A stretch of 63,741 nucleotides of DNA from an uncultured virus (IMG/VR IMGVR_UViG_3300025669_002088) (lineage: Duplodnaviria; Heunggongvirae; Uroviricota; Caudoviricetes): positions 62,001 through 125,741 of the IMG/VR virus record IMGVR_UViG_3300025669_002088. One strand, given 5' to 3'. Positions within the stretch are counted from its first letter, which is position 1. Every line of letters starts with the position of its first letter. The notes under the pieces were generated by a model that searched no databases, had not been told where the DNA came from, and saw only the letters and a program-made list of their open reading frames with translations. The position numbers and the translations under genes were made by a program. Of the stretch, positions 1 through 8,433 are shown in pieces.

Positions 1-153
1 TCCTACAAGTGTCCCGAGGACGGGTACAAGCTCGGGACACGGGTAAAGGGTGTCCGACAAGCTAAGAGAGGCATAGGCAGGATCAAAGTGACTCCCGAGA
101 TGATCAAGGAACTCGACGCCATCGGTTTCGTGTGGGAGGTCATCCGTGCGTAG
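1..153 (+). CDS. C-terminal end of a helicase-associated (HA) repeat protein, truncated by the window edge
   Basis: Frame 1 reads SYKCPEDGYKLGTRVKGVRQ...VTPEMIKELDAIGFVWEVIRA*, the same repeat as the downstream genes. Confidence 0.75.
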   Translation, partial: SYKCPEDGYKLGTRVKGVRQAKRGIGRIKVTPEMIKELDAIGFVWEVIRA

Positions 154-1150
154 GAGGAGCAACAAATTCAGACTGCGGCTCGTTGAGCTTGGGCGGATGA
201 AACCTTGGCCAGCGTGGTTCGATGAGTTCCACTCCCACCTTCAGACGTACAAGGCGGAGCACGGGGATTGTGAAGTGCCCCACAACTACAAGTGTGAAGA
301 CGGGTACCGCTTAGGGAACAAGGTGGGGCGAATCCGTTCCGCAAGGAAGCGCCCATCAAACCGTGTGTTGACGGAGGAGATGAGTACTGCCCTCGATGCC
401 ATCGGTTTTGACTGGCTGGCTCCAAAAGATCGCTGGTTCCAAAAGTTCCGGGTTCGTCTGGTGGAATATATGACCGCTCACGACGGCCAAAACCCACCCG
501 TTCCTTATGAGTGCCCCGATGGATACACCCTGGGTAAAACTGCCGCCGCTGTTCGGGCAGCGAAACGGGCAAGGGCACTGAATAAGAAGGCGTTCCGGCA
601 ACTCACGGATGAGATAATTGCTGACCTGGACGCACTTGGATTTGAATGGGAACCCTCGGAATGGTTCCCCGACTTTGTGCAGCGTTTGCGTGAATACAAG
701 GCGGAACATGGGAACTGTTCGATCCCTGTCAAATTTGAATGTGCGGATGGACACAAGTTAGGCCTGAGGGTCCAACGCATCCGAACGAGCATCCGCCGGT
801 TGGAGGAGGGCAGCGATGAGTCGATGCCCCTCCAGGTCACCCCAGAGATGGTCTTAAAACTGGATGCCCTCGGGTTCGAGCGGGACCGGAACCTGACGGG
901 CAAATGGTTCCCCAAGTACCTCAGTCACCTGACGAAGTTCTACCGGGAGCACGGCGACAGCATGGTGCCCAGGGGATATTGCTGTCGGGATGGGTACAAG
1001 TTAGGGGCCATGACGAACAGCGTTAGAGAGGGCCGTAGGGACGCAACAGGTCGGAGGAAAATCACCCTGCCCATGGTTGCTGATCTAGCTGCCCTCGACT
1101 TTATGTGGGATGTTCGAATAACGGGATCATCTCGGCCACCTACAGAGTAG
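146..1150 (+). CDS. HA-domain tandem repeat protein (4 repeats)
   Basis: Repeated ~70-aa unit WF..F..L..YK.EHG.C.VP..Y.C.DGY.LG..V..IR...L.ALGF.W, matching the HA domain pattern. Confidence 0.8.
   Translation: MRRRSNKFRLRLVELGRMKPWPAWFDEFHSHLQTYKAEHGDCEVPHNYKCEDGYRLGNKVGRIRSARKRPSNRVLTEEMSTALDAIGFDWLAPKDRWFQKFRVRLVEYMTAHDGQNPPVPYECPDGYTLGKTAAAVRAAKRARALNKKAFRQLTDEIIADLDALGFEWEPSEWFPDFVQRLREYKAEHGNCSIPVKFECADGHKLGLRVQRIRTSIRRLEEGSDESMPLQVTPEMVLKLDALGFERDRNLTGKWFPKYLSHLTKFYREHGDSMVPRGYCCRDGYKLGAMTNSVREGRRDATGRRKITLPMVADLAALDFMWDVRITGSSRPPTE
1123..1150 (+). promoter_or_regulatory. Bipartite promoter-like motif, copy 1
   Basis: GGGATCATC-N13-GAGTAG. Confidence 0.75.
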
Positions 1151-1169
1151 TCTTGGTAGGAGGTCGTCC

Positions 1170-1970
1170 GTGGGCAAAAGGAACAACAAATTCCGTGAAC
1201 GTCTCGCCAAGCTTGGGCTGATGAAACCTTGGCCAGCGTGGTTCGATGTGTTCCTGGCACATCTGAAGGCGTACAAGGAAGAACACGGGGACTGTAAGGT
1301 GCCGCAGCTTTACAAGTGTACTGACGGGTACACATTGGGGAACAGGGTCGGGGACATTCGCAGGTTTCGACAAGGGAAAAGTGTTCGGACAGTGACTCCC
1401 TCAATGGTGCCTGTACTGGATCAACTCGGTTTCCTTTGGGAGATCCCCTGTTGGTTCGACGAGTTCCTCCGGCGTCTGAAGGACTATAAAGCCGAGTACG
1501 GCCATTGTCAGGTGCCCACCCAGTACAGATGTCAGGACGGGTATAGACTTGGCCCAAAAGTGAATGCTGTTCGGACAGGCAAAAGGCACAAAGTGGGCGT
1601 CCAAATCACCCCGAGCAGGGCGGAGAAACTTGAGCAACTAGGTTTCCTGTGGGATGTCCCGACAGAGTGGTTCCCGGAGTTCCTGGAACATTTGAAGGCG
1701 TACAAGGCCGTGCATGGCCGTTGTCAGGTGCGTGGCACCTATGTATGCGATGATGGCTACAAACTAGGCCATCACACAGCGGGGGTACGAAATCACCGGG
1801 TCTTGACCCCCACTATGCGGAGCCAACTCGGTGCTCTCGGCTTTGTCTGGGACGCCACCACGAAAGGGCAGTGGTGGCCGGAGTTCCTTTGTCACCTCAG
1901 AGAGTACATGGACGCACACGGGGGACAGACACCCCCCCAAAAATACGTCTGCCCCGGCGGATGGCCGTAA
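1170..1970 (+). CDS. HA-domain repeat protein; last repeat frameshifted
   Basis: Three full repeats. The fourth breaks at YVCP and continues in another frame as DGRKLTPTQINQIDVLGFVW up to 2055. Confidence 0.8.
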   Translation: MGKRNNKFRERLAKLGLMKPWPAWFDVFLAHLKAYKEEHGDCKVPQLYKCTDGYTLGNRVGDIRRFRQGKSVRTVTPSMVPVLDQLGFLWEIPCWFDEFLRRLKDYKAEYGHCQVPTQYRCQDGYRLGPKVNAVRTGKRHKVGVQITPSRAEKLEQLGFLWDVPTEWFPEFLEHLKAYKAVHGRCQVRGTYVCDDGYKLGHHTAGVRNHRVLTPTMRSQLGALGFVWDATTKGQWWPEFLCHLREYMDAHGGQTPPQKYVCPGGWP

Positions 1971-2051
1971 ACTGACACCCACTCAGATCAACCAGATTGA
2001 TGTCCTCGGTTTCGTTTGGGATCTCCGCAATCAGAAGAAGGACAACACCCC

Positions 2052-2705
2052 ATGACCACCCCGCAGGCTGACATCCATTCCTTCCCCCCTGAACAACACC
2101 CGGAGAAGCACAAGACCAGGACCACGACCCTCGACCTCCTCCGTGACCCAGAGTGCCCCACGAACCTCTTCTACGACGGGCACCTGACCAGGGACTGGAT
2201 GGAGTTGTGCGGTGATGCCCCTGACGCTACCTGTGGCCTCCTCCTGGACGAAGGCGTCCTTGCCCCCGACCATGGCCGATACATCGGCGTCAACACCAAC
2301 CAGGGGATCCTTGACCGCAACGCCACCCACTACAACGACGACCGCACCGAGTGGCGTTGCGGCGACATGTCCCGGCTCCTCCTGGACCTGGACGACCCGA
2401 CCCTCCGCAACATCGGCGTCCTCGTGTTCGACGGGTTTCGCAGTCCCAGCAACCTCCACCTGGAGAGCATCCTCCTTCCGATGTTCGCCTTTGCCCAGTC
2501 CCAACAGCAGCGCCTGGGACAATTCCTCCTGGTCATCAACCTAGCCCTCCGGGGCAACGCCAGCGCTCCCTTGGAAAAGGCGAAGCGGCAGTTCGAGGCC
2601 ATCGTCCACAAACACTGCGGCGTCCAGGTGCCGAAGCAAGCGTTCACTACGTACCGCAGCCGAGTCATTCCGATGCAACTCCTCCGCCTTTCCTACGGCT
2701 GGTAG
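2052..2705 (+). CDS. Hypothetical protein inserted in the HA array; possible degenerate SAM-dependent methyltransferase fold
   Basis: ATGA-type start at 2052. YIGVN, CGDM and VLVFDG segments loosely recall class I MTase motifs II-IV. Confidence 0.45.
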   Translation: MTTPQADIHSFPPEQHPEKHKTRTTTLDLLRDPECPTNLFYDGHLTRDWMELCGDAPDATCGLLLDEGVLAPDHGRYIGVNTNQGILDRNATHYNDDRTEWRCGDMSRLLLDLDDPTLRNIGVLVFDGFRSPSNLHLESILLPMFAFAQSQQQRLGQFLLVINLALRGNASAPLEKAKRQFEAIVHKHCGVQVPKQAFTTYRSRVIPMQLLRLSYGW

Positions 2706-2715
2706 GAGGTCGTCC

Positions 2716-3435
2716 GTGGGCAGGAGTAACAGCAACAAATTCCGTAAACGCCTCACTGAGCTTGGGCGGATAAAACCTTGGCCAGCGTGGTTCGATGTGT
2801 TCCTGGGGGAAATCAAAGCCTATCAGAAATGTCATGGACATTGCCGAGTGCCGCAGTCCTACCTGTGTGACGACGGGTACAGGTTGGGTGCCCGTGTAAG
2901 TAGTGTCCGGCATAACAAGTCCAGACACCTTCCCGAAATGATCGCTGAACTTGATGCCCTGAAGTTCGTTTGGGTTGTGTGCGAATGGTTCCCTGAATTC
3001 CTGTCCCACATGAAGGAGTACAAAAAGACCCACGGGCACTGCCGTGTCCCAAAGTCCTACAAATGTCCCGATGGTTACGCCCTTGGGATGAGGGTATCTG
3101 ATGTCCGGACAAGAAAAAAGGACAAGAAACGTGTAAGCCCTACCTCAGAGATGATAGCGGCGCTGGACCTTCTTGGGTTCGTCTGGAATGGGAACGAGTG
3201 GTTTCCCCAATTCCTGAAGAGGCTGAAGGAGTACCATGCCAAATTCGGGGACTATTCTCCGGCGCAATCCTACAAATGCCCCGATGGCTACCAACTCGGT
3301 GTTCGAACAAACAGTATTCGTTCATCCCGTAATGGTGGGGGTCAGGTCAAGGTGACTCCCGAAATGGTCACCGAACTGGACGCTCTGGGTTTTGTCTGGA
3401 GTCTCAGGGGATCATCCAAGCCCACCCCTGAGTAG
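2716..3435 (+). CDS. HA-domain repeat protein (3 repeats)
   Basis: Same repeat unit and the same N-terminus (NKFR.RL.ELG..KPWPAWFD) as 146 and 1170. Confidence 0.8.
   Translation: MGRSNSNKFRKRLTELGRIKPWPAWFDVFLGEIKAYQKCHGHCRVPQSYLCDDGYRLGARVSSVRHNKSRHLPEMIAELDALKFVWVVCEWFPEFLSHMKEYKKTHGHCRVPKSYKCPDGYALGMRVSDVRTRKKDKKRVSPTSEMIAALDLLGFVWNGNEWFPQFLKRLKEYHAKFGDYSPAQSYKCPDGYQLGVRTNSIRSSRNGGGQVKVTPEMVTELDALGFVWSLRGSSKPTPE
3408..3435 (+). promoter_or_regulatory. Bipartite promoter-like motif, copy 2
   Basis: GGGATCATC-N13-GAGTAG. Confidence 0.75.
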
Positions 3436-3458
3436 TCTCCAGTACAAGGAGGACGAAC

Positions 3459-3794
3459 ATGAAGAACAAGACACCTGAGACGCCCTGGTTCCCCGAGTTC
3501 CTGAGTCGCCTGACGGCCTACCGAAAGGCACACGGTCACTGTGTGGTGCAACGCCTTGGGAGGACGAACAGGACATCCGAGAAGCCCTGGCTCCCCAACT
3601 TCCTTTCCCACCTGACGGCGTTCAAGCGGGCGCACGGCCACTGTGCCGTGCCCCACAACTACGTCAGCCCGGACGGCTACAAGCTGGGAAGCCGTGTCGG
3701 AACGGTCCAGGAGGGGCAGCACAAGGTCAGGATGACCCCGGAAAGGATCGCCCAGTTGAACGCTCTCGGATTCACCTGGGACACCAAGGAGTGA
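3459..3794 (+). CDS. Short HA-domain protein
   Basis: One partial and one complete HA repeat; AGGAGG RBS. Confidence 0.7.
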   Translation: MKNKTPETPWFPEFLSRLTAYRKAHGHCVVQRLGRTNRTSEKPWLPNFLSHLTAFKRAHGHCAVPHNYVSPDGYKLGSRVGTVQEGQHKVRMTPERIAQLNALGFTWDTKE

Positions 3795-4015
3795 AAATGG
3801 AACACAAAACACCACTCGAACTCGTTCAGCGTATCGTTGCACACCACGGACCGATCCTCGGGAAGCAGGTCGTGTCCCTGTGCGCCAGCGTGGGCTACAC
3901 CAACAAGCGCTCCACGGGAGCGGTCCTGTTCAACGCCCGCAGAGCGAAGACCCTGACCAAGGACGCCCATGGCCGATGGACCTGTCCTAAGTCGAAAACG
4001 ACTGGACAAGCCTGA
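3791..4015 (+). CDS. Small hypothetical protein
   Basis: Coupled to the upstream stop codon. Confidence 0.5.
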   Translation: MKMEHKTPLELVQRIVAHHGPILGKQVVSLCASVGYTNKRSTGAVLFNARRAKTLTKDAHGRWTCPKSKTTGQA

Positions 4016-4108
4016 CACGACAGAGGTATCCTTCAGCAATGGACACGAGGAACCACATCGATAGTGCCTTCATATCCGAGCGGGTGACGCCCGCTGGAGG
4101 AGGATGCT

Positions 4109-4417
4109 ATGGACCGTGGAACCCGCCGCCAGAGGACAGCAAATGTCATCCGTTCACGTCTTGAAATCTACAGCGCTCCCGAGGATGTGGAGCCACATCG
4201 GTACGCCAAGACCCCATCGTTAGCCTGCCACTGCCGCAAGCGCACTTTCGGTCGTCCTCGTATGAGCCGGGGCATCTGTGACATCGGGTGCCGTGACCGG
4301 ATCTATCGGTGGCGACGAGAAACACGAGAGTTTAGGACATGGGCACGATGCCAGGGTGTGGATTGGGAGGACGACAGCGTCACCCTGATCTTTGTCCCCC
4401 GGAACAAGTGGGTGTGA
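4109..4417 (+). CDS. Small basic Cys-containing hypothetical protein
   Basis: GGAGGAGG RBS; CHC and CDIGC motifs. Confidence 0.5.
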   Translation: MDRGTRRQRTANVIRSRLEIYSAPEDVEPHRYAKTPSLACHCRKRTFGRPRMSRGICDIGCRDRIYRWRRETREFRTWARCQGVDWEDDSVTLIFVPRNKWV

Positions 4418-4473
4418 AAGTCCTTGCCGGTCAGAGATCGTCGTGTAGAGTGGGGCTGTCAGAGGAGGACGTT

Positions 4474-5589
4474 ATGCCCAAAAGACTCACGTTGGATGAC
4501 GCAGACATTGTTCGTCGGTACCAAGCGGGGGAACTGGAGTTGCACATTGCTAAGGCACTAGGTGTTTCAGCACCTGTGATTCATCGACGGTTGGCTAAAG
4601 CAGATGTTTCTTTCCGCACCCACAGTGAGGCTGCAACAATCGCTCAAGGCAAACGAGATGCAAAAACAACGGAAAGCCTTCCCGCTGAGTATCTGTCAGG
4701 ACGTTCTGTCTCTGAGTTAGCGAAGGCAACGGGTTTCAGTCGCAACTGGGTGCGTATCCGTTTAGAGCGGGCTGGTGTTCCTCTACGGGGGGTACAGGAG
4801 GCACATACTCTGATTTGTCACAAGACCTTCCCTACCACAGAGGAGTCCCTTGAATTAATCGATGGTTTACTTCTTGGTGACGCCTGGTTGGAAAAAACAG
4901 GTGGCAGTGAGGGTCGTCTGGGACTAGCACAAAGAGCAGACCGAAAGGAATGGCTTGAACAGGTTCAAAGGGAACTTAGGGCCGGGGGTGTTAAAAGCAA
5001 CATAAAACCACGTCCGGCAAGAATCGGTCACATTGGGAAACAGGTTCTCCGAGGTAACCCGAGTTTACAGTTAAGGACACTGAAATACAAAACATTTACG
5101 GACCAGCGCCTCCGTTGGTACCCAAAGGGTAAAAAAATTATTCCTCTGGACATCCGGCTAACCCCCCGAGCGTTAGCGCATTGGTACTGGGGTGATGGTG
5201 GGCTGATTAATACAGGGTATGGGGTAGCCTTTTGCACGGACGGTTTCACCTGGGAGGATGTCGAGTTTCTAGCCTCTAGACTGCGGCTACTTTATGGTTG
5301 GTCTCCTCGTGTGCAGAGCCACAGAGGGAATCCTAGACTGGTCCTAAGCCAACGAAAACACCGACTGGAACTGGTGGCCCTAACGGAACCTTTTTGTCCT
5401 GATTGCTTCCGATACAAGCTTCAGGTGAGGGGTAAAGCTCCCGCAAAAATTGATCAAGTCGAAAAGGAACTCCGTCAACTGAGGGGGCAAGGCTGGACAC
5501 AAAAACGCATTGCGGAACATTTTCAAATGACCCCGGCATGGGCTGGGTGGGCCTGCCGACGACTAGGGCTAGAGAAGGAGTCAAACTAA
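4474..5589 (+). CDS. Free-standing LAGLIDADG homing endonuclease with flanking HTH domains
   Basis: LIDGLLLGDAWL and LAHWYWGDGG motifs, FCTDGFT, HTH-like termini; GAGGAGG RBS before ATG 4474. Confidence 0.85.
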   Translation: MPKRLTLDDADIVRRYQAGELELHIAKALGVSAPVIHRRLAKADVSFRTHSEAATIAQGKRDAKTTESLPAEYLSGRSVSELAKATGFSRNWVRIRLERAGVPLRGVQEAHTLICHKTFPTTEESLELIDGLLLGDAWLEKTGGSEGRLGLAQRADRKEWLEQVQRELRAGGVKSNIKPRPARIGHIGKQVLRGNPSLQLRTLKYKTFTDQRLRWYPKGKKIIPLDIRLTPRALAHWYWGDGGLINTGYGVAFCTDGFTWEDVEFLASRLRLLYGWSPRVQSHRGNPRLVLSQRKHRLELVALTEPFCPDCFRYKLQVRGKAPAKIDQVEKELRQLRGQGWTQKRIAEHFQMTPAWAGWACRRLGLEKESN

Positions 5590-6273
5590 TGGAAACTGTC
5601 ATAATAGAAATAAGAGCAGGTGAGGGAGGTCGGGATGCCTCCTTATTGGTTCATGAACAGTACGGTGTTTATGTGCGATGGGCACAGAGGAGGTCCCTTT
5701 GACGTGGTGTTGCTGGAGGACCGTCCCGGTTTCCTTGCCTTCCAGGCGGTCGGGAAGGGGGCTGTAAGGGCTTTTCGGCATGAAGCCGGTGGTATGAGAT
5801 GGCAGCGGGTACCCCCCACGGAGAAACGGGGCAGGACACACACGTCAACAGTTACTATCGCTATACTCTCTCTCGTGGACGAGCAGACCGTCAAACTGAA
5901 CGAGCGAGACCTGGAGTGGCAGGCGACCCGTGGCTCAGGTCCTGGAGGCCAACATCGGAATAAAACCTCGTCTGCAGTAATCCTCACACACAAACCCACG
6001 GGTCTGGTTGTCCGAGTAGAGAACGAACGATCACAGTACCGGAATTTACAAACGGCGAAGGCAATCCTGTCTGCCCGATTACAGGAGGCAGAGGCATCCT
6101 CTCAGTTGGACCAACGTAACCAGCAACGGAAAGCTCAGGTGGGGAGAGGCATGATGTCCGACAAGGTACGAACTATCGCTCTCCAGAGGGATCAGGTCAC
6201 AGATCATCGACTGGGGAAACGTATCTCAGCCGTGAAGTATCTGAGGGGTGAGTTGGACAAACTGGTGGGCTAG
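5589..6273 (+). CDS. Class I peptide release factor homolog (RF1-like PxT, GGQ, no domain 1), translated through a +1 programmed frameshift; about 227 aa
   Basis: 5589-5699 encodes METVIIEIRAGEGGRDASLL...; the +1 frame from 5701 encodes RWQRVPPTEKRGRTHTS, GSGPGGQHRNKTSSAV and VTDHR. Confidence 0.9.
5688..5703 (+). promoter_or_regulatory. prfB-type +1 ribosomal frameshift cassette
   Basis: AGGAGG TCC CTT TGA C: internal SD, 3-nt spacer, CUU-UGA-C. Confidence 0.9.
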
Positions 6274-6617
6274 TTGGATGCGACCTCGGGGAGTACGTCC
6301 ACCGGGGTGTGCGTTTCCTCCAGGTTGTCGTACATCGGAGGCGCATCCCCAACGGCGTCCATTGGGGTGTGCTCGTCCTGGATCACGTCCACCGGGGTGG
6401 GCATCTCTTCCAGAAGGGTGTCTTCGGTGGGGACGGTGTCCAGGGCTGCGACAGTCTCGACGGTTCCGTCCGTCAGGGGCACGTCGCCCTCGATGAGGTC
6501 TGCCAGGGTGTCCTCGGCAACAGTCACGTCCTCGGCATTCTCTTCCGTGGTGTTACAGGACAAGACGAATGCTGCCGCCAAGATCAGTGTCAACAGTGCA
6601 ATCAGAATCCTTTTCAT
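6270..6617 (-). CDS. Acidic putative lipoprotein
   Basis: Signal peptide ending VLSC; D/E/T-rich tail with TPVDV-like repeats. Confidence 0.7.
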   Translation of the reverse strand: MKRILIALLTLILAAAFVLSCNTTEENAEDVTVAEDTLADLIEGDVPLTDGTVETVAALDTVPTEDTLLEEMPTPVDVIQDEHTPMDAVGDAPPMYDNLEETHTPVDVLPEVASN

Positions 6618-6693
6618 GTCTTTCTCCTTTGCCCACTTTCGCTGTGGGAGTCAATGCTGTGGGATGTCAGATAGGCGTTCTACCGAGGAGAGG

Positions 6694-6900
6694 CTATTTG
6701 AGTTCGATGTAGGCGTGAATCCAGGACTTTTCTTCGCCCCCGAACTGGACCTCTTTGATGTGCTTCCGGTAGGACTTCAACAATGGGTCCAGCTTCTTAC
6801 GGAAGCGACTGATTTCTTCGCCCACCATCTCGTCGTATTTGTACTCTCCGACATCGCTGGCCCCCCCTTCGGGAGGTCACTACGGTACCATTCCTTAAAA
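6694..6900 (-). pseudogene. Orphan 3' gene fragment next to the TnpB element
   Basis: Reads ...SDVGEYKYDEMVGEEISRFRKKLDPLLKSYRKHIKEVQFGGEEKSWIHAYIELK* with phage-like codons and no convincing start. Confidence 0.4.
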
Positions 6901-6904
6901 CCTG

Positions 6905-8326
6905 CTAGAATGTAACAGGCATCAAGTTTGAGGCTGTGCCGATCCTTGGTAACCCAAGTGCCTCGGTAGTAAGCTCCCGGCCCAACGGTAAGGGCTCGGA
7001 TGACGGTTGCTCTTGCCGTCCGAATCCCAAGGAACTGGTCCGCTTAATACGGAATCGCTCTCTTAGCACTCGTTTTACGCCTCGTGGGTGATCATTAGCT
7101 TTGATGTGTTCGTCTCCAGAACGTCTGAGCACACCAGCGCTTCCTACCCAATCAGCATGAGCTTTCCTGCCGCACGAGCGGCAACGGAACCTTATTGAAC
7201 TTCGGTTTCCTCGATGAACATAACCACAAGAAGGACACTCCTGCGACGTGTAAGCAGGGTTCACTTTCTTTGTTGGAGCTTTCCTTTCCAAGTTGATCTG
7301 TAACGCCCTGTAAGCAAACCTTTTTTGACCCCTACAACCTCGAAGATCGAGATCTTCGACCACGAACACCGTCTCGGGATGACGAACGATAAGGGTGTTT
7401 ACCACACGACCCGTCTCTGTCTTGATCAACCCACTCAATTTGCTCTCAAGGTGATCCAACTTTGGGCTGTTATCCTTCAAATCCTGCCGTTGGCGATTTG
7501 CTCGAAGATTTCTGACACGAGCGTAGAGTTTGTCGAACTTAGGTTTGACGTGTTCACCGTAAATCACTCCATCTGATGTAGCTGCAAGGACGTTCAGACC
7601 AACGTCAACGCCCAACTTAGGCCAACCTTCCTGTGCTTCGGGAACAACCCATTCAGCCTTACTGACCGCCTCAAAGCGCCAAAAGCCTCGCTTGGTTTTG
7701 CGGGCTGAGATCCCTTTGCTGACCTGATCAGCTTGTTGAATGTAAAGATTCCCAACGAGAGGCAACCAGACGGACTTACGAGCTTCTAACGAAGACACCC
7801 TCAACCAGAAGTCCCCGAGAGGGGCTTTAGATGCGTCCTCCAACCGAGCCGTCATCTCCGACAACCGCATGGGCAGGTTGTCCCTTACGATAGGCTTATT
7901 ACCTCCGTAGGTGTCCAACAGGGTGTGGTAGGCGTCGAGATGGTCTTGGGTGATAAACTTCCAGGGCTTACTGATGGCTTTTAATCCGATGACACAGAGT
8001 GCTTTGGCGTCCTGTTCGGTGAGGGTACCCTCGTGCTTGAGGTTGGTGATAGTCGGTTTCAACTTGCGGGCGTAAGTGGCTTTGGCCCAAGCGCTCACAA
8101 TTTGGATAGCGTGGTCTCGTGCGATCTTTTCGATTTGGGACGTAAGGTTGGTGGCCCGTGGGAAGAACGTTTGTTTGGCGGCTTTCGGGAGATTATAGAC
8201 CTGCTGGTCAAGCATCGTTTGTACGCAAATGCGGACGTACTTGACGTATGCTTTGTGTAGGGCTTCCAACTTATCGATCTTGGACTGATTGGTATCCTTG
8301 TGAAGTCGGAAGATGCGACACTTCAT
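6905..8326 (-). CDS. tnpB: TnpB-family (IS200/IS605-type) RNA-guided nuclease
   Basis: RuvC-I GVDVG, RuvC-II VVEDL, NPAYTSQECPSCG/CRSCG zinc finger, RuvC-III HAD. Confidence 0.85.
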   Translation of the reverse strand: MKCRIFRLHKDTNQSKIDKLEALHKAYVKYVRICVQTMLDQQVYNLPKAAKQTFFPRATNLTSQIEKIARDHAIQIVSAWAKATYARKLKPTITNLKHEGTLTEQDAKALCVIGLKAISKPWKFITQDHLDAYHTLLDTYGGNKPIVRDNLPMRLSEMTARLEDASKAPLGDFWLRVSSLEARKSVWLPLVGNLYIQQADQVSKGISARKTKRGFWRFEAVSKAEWVVPEAQEGWPKLGVDVGLNVLAATSDGVIYGEHVKPKFDKLYARVRNLRANRQRQDLKDNSPKLDHLESKLSGLIKTETGRVVNTLIVRHPETVFVVEDLDLRGCRGQKRFAYRALQINLERKAPTKKVNPAYTSQECPSCGYVHRGNRSSIRFRCRSCGRKAHADWVGSAGVLRRSGDEHIKANDHPRGVKRVLRERFRIKRTSSLGFGRQEQPSSEPLPLGRELTTEALGLPRIGTASNLMPVTF

Positions 8327-8366
8327 TTGCTAACCTCTGCTTCCTGATTCAAGCAGGAATAATTAA

Positions 8367-8395
8367 TCTCTAGCAAGTAAGTCGGATACTGTCAA
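8367..8395 (-). promoter_or_regulatory. Possible sigma70 promoter of tnpB
   Basis: TTGACA-17 nt-TAGAGA with an extended TG. Confidence 0.4.
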
Positions 8396-8433
8396 GTACC
8401 CCTTCTCCCCGAGATGAAGACACCTCACAGTAC

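Noticed and set aside
5620..6273. Release factor starting at 5620 as in the ORF track
   Set aside because: Its first ~26 residues are not RF-like. The conserved IEIRAGxGG motif is in the frame starting at 5589.
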